A stretch of DNA of 64,000 bases, taken from positions 18,060-82,059 of the forward strand of contig JBDHKN010000011.1 in the NCBI GenBank assembly GCA_039586365.1, given 5' to 3'. Source of the stretch: Gemmatimonadota bacterium. Lineage in GTDB: Bacteria; Gemmatimonadota; Gemmatimonadetes; Gemmatimonadales; GWC2-71-9. Below, in pieces: positions 10,220 through 20,506 of this stretch. Both the position numbers and the translations under genes were made by a program. Every line of letters begins with the position of its first letter. Position 1 is the stretch's first letter. Below the pieces are notes generated by a model, which ran no database searches, had not been told where the DNA came from, and saw only the letters and a program-made list of their open reading frames with translations.

Positions 10220-12325
10220 ATGGTTAGTCACGTAGAACGGCTGTTTGCCGGGCGCAATCTCCGGATGGAAACCGGGCGCCTGGCGAAACAGGCGGCAGGC
10301 AGTGCGATAGTCCAGCATGGCGAGACTATGGTACTGGCCGCGGTAATTGTGGCAGATTCCGAGACCCACCTTCCCTTCTTCCCGCTCACAGTCGAATACC
10401 GTGAGAAGAGCTATGCCGCTGGGAAAATCCCCGGTGGGTTCTTCAAGCGCGAGGGCCGCCCGTCGGAGGAGGAGATACTTGCTGGCCGACTGATCGACCG
10501 TTCGATTCGCCCGTTGTTCCCGAAAGGGTTCAACAACGAGGTGCAGGTCTTCGTCTATGTTCTCTCGGCGGACCAAGAGAACGATGCGGACGTTTTGGGT
10601 CTCACCGCTGCTTCCCTAGCCGTGGCGCTCTCGAAGATCCCATGGCAGGGTCCGGTTGCCGGTGTTAGGATTGGCCGCGTCGATGGCGAGTGGGTCGTGA
10701 ACCCGACCTTCCACCAGCTCGAGGGCAGCGATATCGACATGGTGGTAGCAGGCACGGCCGACTCTTTGACCATGGTTGAGGGTGGTGCGCTGGAGCTTCC
10801 GGATGATGAGATCGCGAATGCGCTCGAATTCGCTCACCAGGCGCTGGCCGAATTGGTGGAATTGGAGCAGGAGGTTGTCAGCCAGGCCGGGATACCCAAG
10901 ATGGAATGGGAAGCTCCAGTACTGGTGACGGAAGCGGTACAGAGAGTGACGGATTTGGCTGAGGAAGGGATTAGAGAGGCTCTGAACCTCGCGGAGAAGT
11001 CGGAGCGGGCTCAGGCGCTGAGTTCAGTCAAGTCAGACGTGATCGATCAGCTATCGGAGGAATTCGCCGAGAACTTGAACGATGTCAAGGCGGTGCTTGA
11101 TGAGATAGAGTATCGCACGATGAGGTCTCAGGTGCTGGATCACGGGGAGCGGATCGATGGACGCGATCTCGATACGGTGCGGTCCATCTCTTGTGAGGTC
11201 GGTCTCCTGCCACGCGCTCACGGTACCGCCTTGTTCACGAGGGGGCAGACGCAGGCTCTGGTGAGCACAACACTCGGGACCGTGGCAGACGAGCAGAGGA
11301 TCGATAACATTGACGTTCCCCAAGAGACCACGAAGAGCTTCATGCTGCACTACAACTTCCCATCGTTTTCGGTGGGAGAGGTGCGGCCGATACGAGGGGT
11401 GTCGCGTCGGGAGATCGGCCACGGCAGTCTCGCCGAGCGGGCGCTGCAAGCGCTGCTGCCGCCTTACGATGTGTTCCCGTACACCATCCGCGTGGTCTCC
11501 GACATTCTCGAGTCCAACGGTTCCTCTTCCATGGCAACGGTATGTGGCGGCTCACTCGCTCTGATGGATGCGGGCGTACCGCTCAGGTCTTCGTGTGCCG
11601 GAGTCGCCATGGGACTGATCAAGGAGGGTGACCGTGTGGCAGTACTTACGGATATCCTGGGCACCGAGGATCACTTGGGCGATATGGATTTCAAGGTGGC
11701 CGGAACCAAAGATGGAGTCACAGCGATCCAGATGGACATCAAAATCCAGGGGATCTCGATCGGGATAATTCGGGACGCGCTCAAGAAGGCGTATGCAGCA
11801 CGTCTGCACATTCTAGACGTGATGGCGCTCACTCTAGCAGAGGCCCGCAGCTCCCTCTCCAAGTATGCGCCCCGCATCATCACGATTCAGGTAAAGCCGG
11901 ATCGGATCGGAGATATCATAGGACCCAAGGGTAAGATCATCCGTGGCATCCAGGAGCAAACCGGTGCCGACGTCAACGTGGACGATTCAGGTATGGTGAC
12001 CATCTCCTCCACGGACGGGACCGGTGGTGAGCGGGCACGCGAGATGATCGAGGGTATTGTGCAAGAGCCCGAAGTAGGCAAGGTCTATGAGGGTGTAGTG
12101 AAGAGCACGACGCAGTTCGGCGCGTTCGTTGAGATCATTCCGGGGGTGGAAGGTCTGCTACACATATCGGAGATGCAGCACGAGCGTACGAATCGGACCG
12201 AGGACGTCGTCAGGAAGGGTGACATGGTGAAGGTGAAGCTCCTCGAAGTAGATTCCCGGGGAAAGATGCGACTCTCGCGCAAGGCGTTGCTCGACAAGCC
12301 CGCCCAGGATTCAGAAACGAGCTGA
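10220..12325 (+). CDS. pnp: Polyribonucleotide nucleotidyltransferase
   Basis: FFPLTVEYRE, GKIPGGFFKREG, ESNGSSSMA, DMDFKVAG, KH and S1 domains. Confidence 0.98.
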   Translation: MVSHVERLFAGRNLRMETGRLAKQAAGSAIVQHGETMVLAAVIVADSETHLPFFPLTVEYREKSYAAGKIPGGFFKREGRPSEEEILAGRLIDRSIRPLFPKGFNNEVQVFVYVLSADQENDADVLGLTAASLAVALSKIPWQGPVAGVRIGRVDGEWVVNPTFHQLEGSDIDMVVAGTADSLTMVEGGALELPDDEIANALEFAHQALAELVELEQEVVSQAGIPKMEWEAPVLVTEAVQRVTDLAEEGIREALNLAEKSERAQALSSVKSDVIDQLSEEFAENLNDVKAVLDEIEYRTMRSQVLDHGERIDGRDLDTVRSISCEVGLLPRAHGTALFTRGQTQALVSTTLGTVADEQRIDNIDVPQETTKSFMLHYNFPSFSVGEVRPIRGVSRREIGHGSLAERALQALLPPYDVFPYTIRVVSDILESNGSSSMATVCGGSLALMDAGVPLRSSCAGVAMGLIKEGDRVAVLTDILGTEDHLGDMDFKVAGTKDGVTAIQMDIKIQGISIGIIRDALKKAYAARLHILDVMALTLAEARSSLSKYAPRIITIQVKPDRIGDIIGPKGKIIRGIQEQTGADVNVDDSGMVTISSTDGTGGERAREMIEGIVQEPEVGKVYEGVVKSTTQFGAFVEIIPGVEGLLHISEMQHERTNRTEDVVRKGDMVKVKLLEVDSRGKMRLSRKALLDKPAQDSETS

Positions 12326-12330
12326 GCCTG

Positions 12331-13581
12331 ATGAGGTCCACCAGGCTGGACGAGCAACTCTACAGGACGGAGGCGGAAAACGGTGTGACCGTCCTCTCGG
12401 AGTTTTTGCCGGGGGTGCGGTCCGTTGCTGTGGGGATCTGGGTTACCAGCGCATCAGCGCACGAGCGCCCTGCCAAGATGGGGGTTTCACACCTGCTCGA
12501 GCACATGGTGTTCAAGGGCACGGAGCGGCGCAGCGCCCGGGACATCGCCATCGAGTTGGAGGCAAGGGGGGGCGCACTGGACGCGTATACCTCCCGTGAC
12601 TACACATCGTTTCAGGCGCGCGTACTCGATGAAGAGCTACCCCAGGCCCTCGACGTACTAACCGATGTTGTACGCAACCCGGCGCTCCGGTCGGCGGATC
12701 TCGATCTCGAGCGTAAGGTGGTGCTGGAAGAGATATCGCTGGTCGAAGATACGCCGGACGACCTGGTCTTCGAGCTGCATGCGCGAACCATGTGGCCCGA
12801 CCACCCTTACGGTTTTTCAATCCTGGGAACCAGGGATTCGGTCTCCGGACTCCAAGCAGAAGATTTGAGAGAGCTACACTCCCGGACCTACCACCCGGGA
12901 CACGTGGTCATAGCTGCGGCCGGCAACGTCGACCATGAGTTGCTGCTCAGACTCCTAACGAAGTGTGGCTGGTTCACGTTCGACGCGGGCCCGCGGCGGC
13001 GGAGCATTCCCGCGGTGCCGCAAGCTGTGCGTGCCAACAGTCGGGTCCAGCGCGATACGGCGCAGGAGCACGTCGTGCTGGGAACTGACACCTTCCCATA
13101 TGGTGACGGGCGGCGATATCCCTTGATCCTCTTGACTACTGTGCTTGGTTCAGGCATGTCGAGTACGCTGTTTCAGCGGGTGCGAGAGGAACTCGGGTTG
13201 GCGTACTCGGTGCACTCCTACCAGTCATTCTATCGAGAAGCCGGTGTGGCTGGGGTGTACGTAGGGACGCATCCGTCGACCGCTGAACAGGCCGTAGAAG
13301 TGATAAGAGAGGAACTCGCCGCTCTTGCCAGAAACGGTCTGGCGCCGGAGCGGTTGGTGGAGGCGAAGCAACAGGTAAAAGGGCAGGTAACGTTGTCTCT
13401 GGAGAGTCCGGCGGCACGGATGTACCGGCTGGCCACGGTAGCGTTGTATGATGAGCCGTACCGGAAGATTGACGAAGTGCTGGCAGAGATCGACCGCGTG
13501 AGCTTGGACCAGGTAGGAGAAGTGGGCCAGGAGTTCCTGGATCCAGATCGACAGACTATTGTGTGGCTCGGTCCGAACTAA
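12331..13581 (+). CDS. M16 family (pitrilysin) zinc peptidase
   Basis: HLLEHMVFKGT inverted HxxEH motif; typical position after pnp. Confidence 0.93.
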   Translation: MRSTRLDEQLYRTEAENGVTVLSEFLPGVRSVAVGIWVTSASAHERPAKMGVSHLLEHMVFKGTERRSARDIAIELEARGGALDAYTSRDYTSFQARVLDEELPQALDVLTDVVRNPALRSADLDLERKVVLEEISLVEDTPDDLVFELHARTMWPDHPYGFSILGTRDSVSGLQAEDLRELHSRTYHPGHVVIAAAGNVDHELLLRLLTKCGWFTFDAGPRRRSIPAVPQAVRANSRVQRDTAQEHVVLGTDTFPYGDGRRYPLILLTTVLGSGMSSTLFQRVREELGLAYSVHSYQSFYREAGVAGVYVGTHPSTAEQAVEVIREELAALARNGLAPERLVEAKQQVKGQVTLSLESPAARMYRLATVALYDEPYRKIDEVLAEIDRVSLDQVGEVGQEFLDPDRQTIVWLGPN

Positions 13582-13623
13582 TTCACTGTCCCCAGCAAAC
13601 TCAATACATGCGAGCTTGATTCG

Positions 13624-14739
13624 ATGATCATAGGAGTCCCGAAGGAGATTAAGACGAACGAGAACCGCGTTGCAGTGGTGCCCGCCGGCGTAGAGACACT
13701 GGTCGGGGACGGTCACACGGTTTTCGTCGAGACGAGCGCTGGTGAGGGAAGCGGCTTTCCGGACGGGTCATATACCAAGGTTGGTGGTAAGATCGTGTCT
13801 GGAGCAGCCGAGGTGTGGGCCAAGGCGGACATGATTGTGAAGGTGAAAGAACCCATCGAACCTGAATGGCCCATGATGCGCCAAGGCCAGGTTGTGTTCA
13901 CGTACTACCATTTGGCGGCCAGTGAGCCGGTGACTCATGCGGTAATGGACTCGCAATGCGTGGCGATCGCGTATGAGACGGTGGAGCTCCCGTCCGGTGA
14001 GCTACCGTTGCTCACACCGATGAGCGAAGTGGCAGGACGCATGGCGATTCAGGAAGGAGCGAAGTATCTCGAAAAGCACTACGGTGGTCAGGGCCTGTTG
14101 ATGGGCGGAGTCCCAGGTGTGCTTCCTGCAGAAGTGATCATACTGGGCGGGGGCGTAGTCGGCACCAACGCTGCGAAGATGGCATGCGGCTTGGGTGCCC
14201 ACGTGACACTGTTCGACGTGTCACTCGAGCGGCTCAGGTACTTGGATGACGTAATGCCGGCCAACGTAGACTTCGTGTACTCCAATCGATTCAACATACT
14301 GGAGCTGCTGCCTCAGGCAGATCTGCTGGTGGGAGCTGTGCTCATAACCGGGGCCAAGGCGCCGAAACTGGTGCTCCGTGAGGATCTCAAGATCATGAAG
14401 GCCGGGTCAGTGATCGTTGATGTGGCGGTCGATCAGGGTGGTTGCATCGAGACCATCAAACCCACGACTCACGAGGAGCCGGTGTACATGGTCGACGGGG
14501 TGCTCCATTACGCCGTCGCGAACATGCCGGGTGGGGTACCACGCACGTCGACCCTGGCACTCACAAATGCCACGTTTCCCTACGTTCGGCGGCTGGCTGA
14601 ACTGGGCTGGAAGGAGGCCTGTAGGCGGGACCACTCCCTCTTCCTGGGCTGCAACGTGGTCGAGGGCAAGGTGGTGTATCCGGGCGTGGCCGAAGCCTTC
14701 GACCTCGAGCTGCATGAGGCCGAGAAGTTGATTTGTTAG
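13624..14739 (+). CDS. ald: Alanine dehydrogenase
   Basis: [37 protein letters not shown]. Confidence 0.96.
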   Translation: MIIGVPKEIKTNENRVAVVPAGVETLVGDGHTVFVETSAGEGSGFPDGSYTKVGGKIVSGAAEVWAKADMIVKVKEPIEPEWPMMRQGQVVFTYYHLAASEPVTHAVMDSQCVAIAYETVELPSGELPLLTPMSEVAGRMAIQEGAKYLEKHYGGQGLLMGGVPGVLPAEVIILGGGVVGTNAAKMACGLGAHVTLFDVSLERLRYLDDVMPANVDFVYSNRFNILELLPQADLLVGAVLITGAKAPKLVLREDLKIMKAGSVIVDVAVDQGGCIETIKPTTHEEPVYMVDGVLHYAVANMPGGVPRTSTLALTNATFPYVRRLAELGWKEACRRDHSLFLGCNVVEGKVVYPGVAEAFDLELHEAEKLIC

Positions 14740-14799
14740 TTGCCTCGGTGCGGTAAGTAGCTAACTTGTCATAACTTAGGGCATTCATTAACTTAGGGC
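14740..14799 (+). promoter_or_regulatory. Candidate mreB promoter with 11-bp direct repeat
   Basis: TTGCCT-N16-TAACTT (14740-67); TAACTTAGGGC at 14772-82 and 14789-99. Confidence 0.5.
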
Positions 14800-14865
14800 G
14801 CCTCCATGGCTTGGGGTGCCCTTTGTTGCGCGCACCAACTCACATTCACCCTGAACGCAATGCGG

Positions 14866-15903
14866 ATGCGCTGGCCGAAACTGTCACTTGGAAGTCTGCT
14901 GCCCGCCAACGAAATAGCGGTCGACCTGGGAACGTCCAACACTCTCGTGTACGTGCGCGGCGAGGGCATAGTTCTGAACGAACCTTCTGTTGTAGCTGTG
15001 GAGCAGGCGACGTCCAAAATCTTGGGGGTGGGGCTCGAGGCGAAACGGATGTTGGGCCGCACACCCGAGGGTATTCTGGCCGTGAGGCCGCTGAAGGACG
15101 GTGTGATCGCTGACTTCGACGTGACCGAGAGGATGCTCCGGTACTTCCTGGAGTCGATAATCCAGAAGCACGTCTTCAAGGTGAAACCCAAAGTGATAGT
15201 ATGCGTCCCGAGCGGAATAACCGAGGTCGAGAAGCGTGCTGTGAGGGATAGTGCTCACTCCGCGGGTGCCAAGGAAGTCTACATGGTTGCTGAGCCGATG
15301 GCTGCGGCCATCGGGGTAGGCCTCCCAGTTGAGACGCCGACCGGCAATATGGTCATCGACGTTGGCGGCGGCACTACTGAGATAGCAGTGATCGCCTTGT
15401 CGGGGATTGTGAGCGACACTTCCATCCGGACCGGCGGCGACGAGATGGATCAAGCGATCGTGCAGTTCATGCGGAAGAACTACAATCTATTGATAGGTGA
15501 GCCGACCGCCGAGCTTATCAAGGTCCAGATTGGTTCAGCAGCTCCGGTCAACGGCGAGAAGGAGATGGAAGCCAAAGGCCGCGACTTGGTCTCTGGGATA
15601 CCGAAGGTGGTTCGGGTCCACTCATCTGAGATTCGCGAGGCCATACAGGAACCCGTGCAACAGATCGTCGACGCCGTTCGGCGGGCACTCGAGATCACGC
15701 CACCCGAGTTGGCAAGTGATATCGTAGACCGGGGCATCGTGATGGCGGGTGGGGGGGCGCTGATACGGGGCCTGGACATCGTGCTGTCGCAGGAGACCTC
15801 GCTACCCATTCGAGTCGACGAAGATCCCCTAACCTGCGTTGTTCGTGGTACGGGTCGGATACTGGAAGATTCCGACAAATACCGGTCCGTACTGACGACC
15901 TAG
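14866..15903 (+). CDS. mreB: Rod shape-determining actin homolog MreB
   Basis: AVDLGTSNT, RPLKDGVIADF, EPMAAAIG, DVGGGTTE; start could be ATG 14860 or 14866. Confidence 0.97.
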   Translation: MRWPKLSLGSLLPANEIAVDLGTSNTLVYVRGEGIVLNEPSVVAVEQATSKILGVGLEAKRMLGRTPEGILAVRPLKDGVIADFDVTERMLRYFLESIIQKHVFKVKPKVIVCVPSGITEVEKRAVRDSAHSAGAKEVYMVAEPMAAAIGVGLPVETPTGNMVIDVGGGTTEIAVIALSGIVSDTSIRTGGDEMDQAIVQFMRKNYNLLIGEPTAELIKVQIGSAAPVNGEKEMEAKGRDLVSGIPKVVRVHSSEIREAIQEPVQQIVDAVRRALEITPPELASDIVDRGIVMAGGGALIRGLDIVLSQETSLPIRVDEDPLTCVVRGTGRILEDSDKYRSVLTT

Positions 15904-16809
15904 TTGGCTGTGTTATTCGCGCCGGCACGCTTCGCGTCACGCCGCGACACTATCGCTCTCGTTGTGTGCATCGTGCTATCAGTCGGTGCCCGTTTCGCTC
16001 CGGCGTCTTTCCAATCCGGTACTGCTGGAGTGATAGGTGGTACTGTGCTCCTACCACTTCTTCGCCTTCAGAGTCTGATCCTGTCACTTCCAGCGGCGCT
16101 CGAGGGTGTGGAGCTGGACCGCTGGCAGCGTGCTACCACAACGGCAGATTCTCTGGAGTTGGAGCAACTGAGAGATGAGAACGCCGATTTGCGCAAGCTC
16201 TTGGGTCTCAGGGCCCGACAGCCGTGGGGACCCGTCCCGGCAGAAGTGTTACGGCAATACGACCTGCTCGGTAGGACGCTGCTCCTCTCGGCGGGGAGCG
16301 ATCAAGGTGTGAAACCGGATGATCCGGTGATTGCTCCGCAACCCGAGGAGCACGGTACAGCGAGTCAGACTCGCCGTCCACCCGGGCTCCTGGGTGTCGT
16401 TCAGAGTACGACAGCTAACACGTCGGTCGTGATCCTGTGGACTGACCCGAACTGGCGGGCCGGCGCCATGACCGCCGACGGCAAGGCACTGGGGATCGTT
16501 GGGCCGGGCGCTAGCGACGGGCCGAATTCGACCTTGATGGAGCTGAGCGGCGTTCCGTTTCTCGAAGTAGTCGATGTGGGCACCCAAGTGGTCACCTCAG
16601 GGATGGGTTTCAATCGCGGTGGCGTGTACCCACAAGGCCTACTGTTAGGGGTGATAGAAGGGATAGGGGAAGAACCAGAAGAACGAGAGGGTTGGTCTAG
16701 AACCTACATCTTACGTCCGGCAGTCCAGCCAATTGCGGTGTCGCACGTGATCATCCTGACTCGGCCCAGTGCCGACGTCACCAACGAGGTCGAGGCCGAT
16801 TCCACGTGA
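15904..16809 (+). CDS. mreC: Rod shape-determining protein MreC
   Basis: N-terminal TM, coiled coil LRDENADLRKLL, VVTSG..GVYPQG; position after mreB. Confidence 0.9.
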   Translation: MAVLFAPARFASRRDTIALVVCIVLSVGARFAPASFQSGTAGVIGGTVLLPLLRLQSLILSLPAALEGVELDRWQRATTTADSLELEQLRDENADLRKLLGLRARQPWGPVPAEVLRQYDLLGRTLLLSAGSDQGVKPDDPVIAPQPEEHGTASQTRRPPGLLGVVQSTTANTSVVILWTDPNWRAGAMTADGKALGIVGPGASDGPNSTLMELSGVPFLEVVDVGTQVVTSGMGFNRGGVYPQGLLLGVIEGIGEEPEEREGWSRTYILRPAVQPIAVSHVIILTRPSADVTNEVEADST

Positions 16810-17312
16810 GGTTCTTGCGCGAACACTGGAAGCTCGGCGTCGTATTGTCGCTCTTGGTGCTTTGCCAGTTCACCTTGCGGCCGGCCATCGGTGATCCGCG
16901 TCTGGAGCGAGTGGCGCCGGATTTCTTGTTGCTAGCGCTCCTTGTGTACGCGATTCGGGCTCGGCCAGGGCAGGGCGCAATAGCCGGCTTCGTCGTCGGC
17001 TTGGCGACTGACTCATTGCCGGAAGCGGCGTTTGGGGCGGGAGCCCTCGCCCACACGATCATCGGTTATTTTGCTGCCTGGGGCAAGGCCGTGTTCTTCG
17101 CGGACAATCTCTTCATCAATGCGGTGTTCTTCTTCGTTGGAACCTGGGTGCGAGACATCATGGTTCTCTTGGCTGGCCGTCATTCAGGGAGCACCGCGCT
17201 GTTGTGGCAGCTGGGATATCTCTCACCATTGAAGGCGTTGACCACAGCGGTTGCCGGTGTGCTAGCACTGCTGGTCTTCCGTCGTTGGCTCAACATTAGA
17301 ATCAGCGAATGA
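16806..17312 (+). CDS. mreD: Rod shape-determining protein MreD
   Basis: Small multi-TM protein, PDFLL, GF.VGL..D; synteny. Confidence 0.88.
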   Translation: MRFLREHWKLGVVLSLLVLCQFTLRPAIGDPRLERVAPDFLLLALLVYAIRARPGQGAIAGFVVGLATDSLPEAAFGAGALAHTIIGYFAAWGKAVFFADNLFINAVFFFVGTWVRDIMVLLAGRHSGSTALLWQLGYLSPLKALTTAVAGVLALLVFRRWLNIRISE

Positions 17313-19156
17313 CGTGGTTTCATGCCCATGAAGTAGCGCGACGAGCCGAAATCGGTCGGCTGGTTCTAGTCGTACTCTTTGGTGTCCTGTTCCTCGCCTT
17401 CTTCCGGCTCCAGGTGCTCGGCTCCAGTGGCTACGGGCGTCAATCGCGGGAGAATCGAATTCGGCGCGTGCCAGTCCCGGCGCCAAGGGGGCTCATCGTC
17501 GACCGTAACGGCGTGGTTCTGGCCGACAACGTTCCCGGGTACACGATAGCAGTAGTTCCCCCTCACCCGGACTCCCTGCCCGGAACGCTCGAGCGGATCA
17601 AAGCCATAGCTGGGATCGATTCAGTCCGCATAACCGCGATGCTGCGGCGTTTCAGTCGCGCTCCCCAAGAGAGGGTCGTAGTCCTCAGGGATGCCCCTTT
17701 CGACGTCGTGTCGGCCCTAGCGGAGAAACGAGTGGCGATTCCCACGCTGAGTATCGAGATGGAGCCAAAGCGTAGATACCCTTACGCTGGCATTGCAGCA
17801 CACGTGGTCGGGTACATCGGCGAGGTCACTGAGCAGGAACTTGCCTCGGGAACAATACCGGGCGTCAGAGGTGGAGACCTGATTGGGCGTGACGGTTTGG
17901 AACGCCAATACGACAAGGAACTGCGTGGCCAGAACGGAGTTCGCGACACCGAAGTGGATGCCTTGGGACGGACAGTAACAATTACCCTGGATATTAAGGA
18001 GCCTGAACAGGGCAAGACCCTTCGCACATTCTTGGATATTGAATTGCAGCAGTACATCGCGGAGGTCTTTCCTGAGGGAGCGCGCGGGGCAGTGGTCGCA
18101 ATGCGACCGCGCTCCGGCGAAGTGCTAGCGCTGTATTCGGCTCCCAGCTTCGATCCCAATCGGTTCGCGGGTCGAATGGACCGTGAATCCTGGCAGGAAC
18201 TCGCCCAGGCCGAGGGCCAGCCGCTATTCAACCGTGCGGTCGAAGGAAGGTACCCACCAGCCTCTCCCTGGAAGTTGGCGGTGGCCGTCGGTGCTCTGAA
18301 GCGCAGGATTGTGACAATGGACACGAGGATGCCGACACCTTGTGCGGGCGGCATCCTCTATGGGAACCGCTATTTCCGCTGCTGGTATGAAGCAGGGCAC
18401 GGAGACATCACCCTGCGTGAGGCCATCAAGCACTCTTGTGACGTCTATTTCTACCAACTCGGGCTCCAACTCACCCTGACCGGGCTCCTCGAGGAAGGGG
18501 TGGAACTAGGATTCCTTGAACCATCCGGTATCGACTTGCCGGACGAGAGGTCTCCCGTGTTCCCGGATTCTCCCGCGTACTTCGACCGCCGCTACGGCCC
18601 TCGCGGTTGGACGTCGGGGGTTACACTCAACCTTGCGATTGGACAGGGTGAGAATTCCCAGAGCGTGATCAACATGGTGAAGTTCTACGCCATGTTGGCG
18701 AACGAGGGTGGAGAAGCCCCGCTGCCACGACTTGTCGAGGGGAGCGAAACCGAGACCCGGTCGCTAGGTCTTTCCCCGGCCCAGCGTGCCGAACTCAGAG
18801 ATGCGCTGGTCCAAGTGGTCTCTGGGGGCACTGCGGCTGGTGCTCGTGTTGCCGAGTTCAACATCGCAGGAAAGACAGGAACAGCACAGAACGCACATGG
18901 CCCGGCGCACGGCTGGTTCATCGCGTTTGCACCTGCCGAGGCTCCTGAGATTGTGGTAGGCGCACTCGTCGAGTTTGCCGAACACGGATCGGACGTGGCT
19001 CCGCTGGTGACGCGGATCATCCGGCGCTATCTGCTGGGTCCCGAAGCCGACCGCCGCAGGCTGGAATTGGTGCTCCCGGCCGACTCGGCTCCTGGGGCCT
19101 TGCCTATCTCAAGTGACACTTCCCTCACTCGGCCGTTGCAGCCAAACGGTCAATGA
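17309..19156 (+). CDS. mrdA: Penicillin-binding protein 2
   Basis: RGLIVDRNG, SxxK (ASPWK), SCD, KTGTAQ. Confidence 0.95.
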   Translation: MTWFHAHEVARRAEIGRLVLVVLFGVLFLAFFRLQVLGSSGYGRQSRENRIRRVPVPAPRGLIVDRNGVVLADNVPGYTIAVVPPHPDSLPGTLERIKAIAGIDSVRITAMLRRFSRAPQERVVVLRDAPFDVVSALAEKRVAIPTLSIEMEPKRRYPYAGIAAHVVGYIGEVTEQELASGTIPGVRGGDLIGRDGLERQYDKELRGQNGVRDTEVDALGRTVTITLDIKEPEQGKTLRTFLDIELQQYIAEVFPEGARGAVVAMRPRSGEVLALYSAPSFDPNRFAGRMDRESWQELAQAEGQPLFNRAVEGRYPPASPWKLAVAVGALKRRIVTMDTRMPTPCAGGILYGNRYFRCWYEAGHGDITLREAIKHSCDVYFYQLGLQLTLTGLLEEGVELGFLEPSGIDLPDERSPVFPDSPAYFDRRYGPRGWTSGVTLNLAIGQGENSQSVINMVKFYAMLANEGGEAPLPRLVEGSETETRSLGLSPAQRAELRDALVQVVSGGTAAGARVAEFNIAGKTGTAQNAHGPAHGWFIAFAPAEAPEIVVGALVEFAEHGSDVAPLVTRIIRRYLLGPEADRRRLELVLPADSAPGALPISSDTSLTRPLQPNGQ

Positions 19157-20400
19157 AGGCAGGGCGCTGGACCCTCGGCACGTCCCTGCTCCCACTTACC
19201 ACGGTGTTGTTACTTGGCGGCCTTGCCGTGCTCTACTCAGCGGGGCAGACGGATGTGCCGACGGCAGTAACTGGCATCTGGTTGCGGCAGCTGGTGTGGA
19301 TCGCACTCGGGGTAGTAGTGGCAGTAGCTGCCAACCGTCTGTCACCCCGGTTGCTTGAGTGGCTCGCTCCAGCGATATATGCCGTGTCGCTGTTGCTGCT
19401 CGTGGTCACGCTACTGGCAGGGGTGGGCGCTGGAACCGCTGCCGGTACGAGGTCCTGGATCTCAATCGCTGGTGTTCGGTTGGGACAGCCCGCGGAACTT
19501 GCGAAGTTAGCCACCATCGTTATGCTGGCGCGTATTCTGGGTGGGCGGCGCAATCCGCCGCGCGACATATGGGAGGCCATTCCCGCCGGCATCGTCGTCG
19601 CCGTGCCGTTCATTCTAGTGGGGCTACAGCCGGATCTGGGTAGCGCAATAGTGTTTGTTGCGATCCTGTTCGGCGCGCTGTTTTGGGCGGGACTCAGGCC
19701 CTCGCTGCTTGTACTGCTGCTTTCTCCACTTCTGAGCCTGCTGTTCGCATTCAACACGTTGCTGTGGGTTGTGTGGATCGTTGGGCTGACCGGGTTCGTG
19801 TTCTGGAGCAAACCGTACTTGCTAGAAGGCGTCGTGATCTGGTTCATCAATTTCACGATGGGAGCCATCCGCGGGTTCCTCTGGGATCAGCTGGAGCCCT
19901 ATCAACAAAACAGACTGCTTTCCTTTCTGAATCCCGACATTGATCCCATGGCTACGGGATGGCACATTATGCAATCCAAGATCGCCATTGGTTCTGGAGG
20001 CCTATTCGGCAGGGGATTCACCGCGGGCACGCAGAAGCGACTGGCGTTCCTGCCAGCACAACATACCGACTTCATCTACTCGGTCGTGGGAGAGGAGTTC
20101 GGATTGGTAGGTGTAGTGATCACCCTTGGCCTGCTTGCATCCCTCGTATGGGTCCTGATCAGGATTGCCAGTAAGGTCACTGATCCGTTTTCCAGCATGC
20201 TCGTGTTCGGGATTGCATGCATGATGCTCACGCACATTATCGTGAACGTGGGAATGACAGTGGGACTCATGCCGATAACGGGGATTCCGCTGCCGTTCTT
20301 CTCGTACGGTGGGTCGTTCATGTTGACGTGTTGTATGGCAATCGGGCTGGCGCTGCGGATGTCGCGGGAGACTTTTGGAGCTGCATACCACGCTGGCTGA
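19153..20400 (+). CDS. rodA: SEDS peptidoglycan polymerase RodA
   Basis: QPAELAK, QPDLGS, QSKIAIGSGG, HTDFI, PITGIPLPFFSYGGS. Confidence 0.95.
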   Translation: MKAGRWTLGTSLLPLTTVLLLGGLAVLYSAGQTDVPTAVTGIWLRQLVWIALGVVVAVAANRLSPRLLEWLAPAIYAVSLLLLVVTLLAGVGAGTAAGTRSWISIAGVRLGQPAELAKLATIVMLARILGGRRNPPRDIWEAIPAGIVVAVPFILVGLQPDLGSAIVFVAILFGALFWAGLRPSLLVLLLSPLLSLLFAFNTLLWVVWIVGLTGFVFWSKPYLLEGVVIWFINFTMGAIRGFLWDQLEPYQQNRLLSFLNPDIDPMATGWHIMQSKIAIGSGGLFGRGFTAGTQKRLAFLPAQHTDFIYSVVGEEFGLVGVVITLGLLASLVWVLIRIASKVTDPFSSMLVFGIACMMLTHIIVNVGMTVGLMPITGIPLPFFSYGGSFMLTCCMAIGLALRMSRETFGAAYHAG

Positions 20401-20506
20401 CGGGTAGGGGTGGCGTCGCACCATTTGCGCGGCGAAATTGCGAGGTTGCGGCGCTAGAGCGGTGTGGCTCACGACTGTGGCCTTTGACGGTCGAATAGGA
20501 TGGTGT

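Noticed and set aside
9836..10576. Long antisense/alternate-frame ORFs (e.g. 9836-10576, 28737-29576, 33924-34601, 44714-45427)
   Set aside because: Expected shadows of high-GC coding sequence; opposite well-supported genes, no motifs
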